DNA of 24,000 nucleotides from Candidatus Heimdallarchaeota archaeon (GTDB lineage Archaea; Asgardarchaeota; Heimdallarchaeia; JABLTI01): NCBI GenBank assembly GCA_030614005.1, contig JAUWKS010000029.1, positions 17,317 to 41,316 of the forward strand, read 5' to 3'. Shown piece by piece: positions 23,987 to 24,000 of this stretch (position 1 is its first letter; each line of letters starts with the position of its first letter). The notes under the pieces were generated by a model. It saw only the letters and a program-made list of their open reading frames with translations, ran no database searches and was not told where the DNA came from. The position numbers and the translations under genes were made by a program.

Positions 23987-24000
23987 TTTGGAGGCATGAA

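Noticed and set aside
1-24000. CRISPR arrays, rRNA genes, integrase or transposase (tnpA) genes
   Set aside because: I found no regularly spaced direct repeats, no rRNA-like GC-rich blocks, and no ORF with integrase (R..HxxR..Y) or HUH/Y1 motifs.
23996-24000. ATG at the window end as the start of rpl2 (uL2)
   Set aside because: Only 5 nt are available. The GGAGG sits just 1 nt from this ATG, unlike the 12-13-nt spacing of rpl4 and rpl23, so the true start may lie beyond the window.

Overview
This is an AT-rich archaeal chromosomal window. The evidence is three CCA-encoding tRNA genes (two with introns at position 37/38), a uL3-uL4-uL23 operon, uS10, enolase, a METTL5-like methyltransferase and a Roadblock/LC7 protein. 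The uL3 N-terminus (MGHRK..AP..GS) is the crenarchaeal/eukaryote-like form, so a TACK/Asgard-type lineage is my inference only.

The window has two parts.

(1) Positions 1 to about 7870 look accessory. They contain an orphan 5' tRNA half (17-56) and a tightly coupled three-gene cassette of unknown function. An intact tRNA-Arg(UCG) (1801-1878, minus) is abutted by a frameshifted lone tnpB (IS200/IS605-type). Further right are an orphan AbrB/SpoVT-like gene, a GC-rich structured element, and a co-directional pair: a HEAT-repeat/coiled-coil/TM protein followed by a 523-aa protein with a C-terminal HEPN (Rx4H) domain. A membrane protein whose natural leader is broken by an in-frame TAG follows. 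The region ends with an inverted copy of the last ~39 nt of tRNA-Arg (7825-7863). No integrase and no CRISPR array is visible.

(2) Positions ~8.1-24 kb are mostly housekeeping. They encode a phosphohexomutase-family enzyme, a YkgJ-type CxxCxxCC protein, a TPR-like protein and two large sequon-rich surface proteins. They also encode Roadblock/LC7, a wHTH protein, a GIY-YIG protein, the METTL5-like methyltransferase, enolase, tRNA-Leu(UAA), tRNA-Ser(CGA), uS10 and uL3/uL4/uL23.

The best candidates for follow-up are:
- the HEAT-TM + HEPN two-gene module inside the island bracketed by the tRNA-derived repeat;
- the odd inverted geometry of the tRNA remnants;
- a strong, locally clustered excess of the palindrome CTCGAG (core of TCTCGAGA), which is almost absent from the island.
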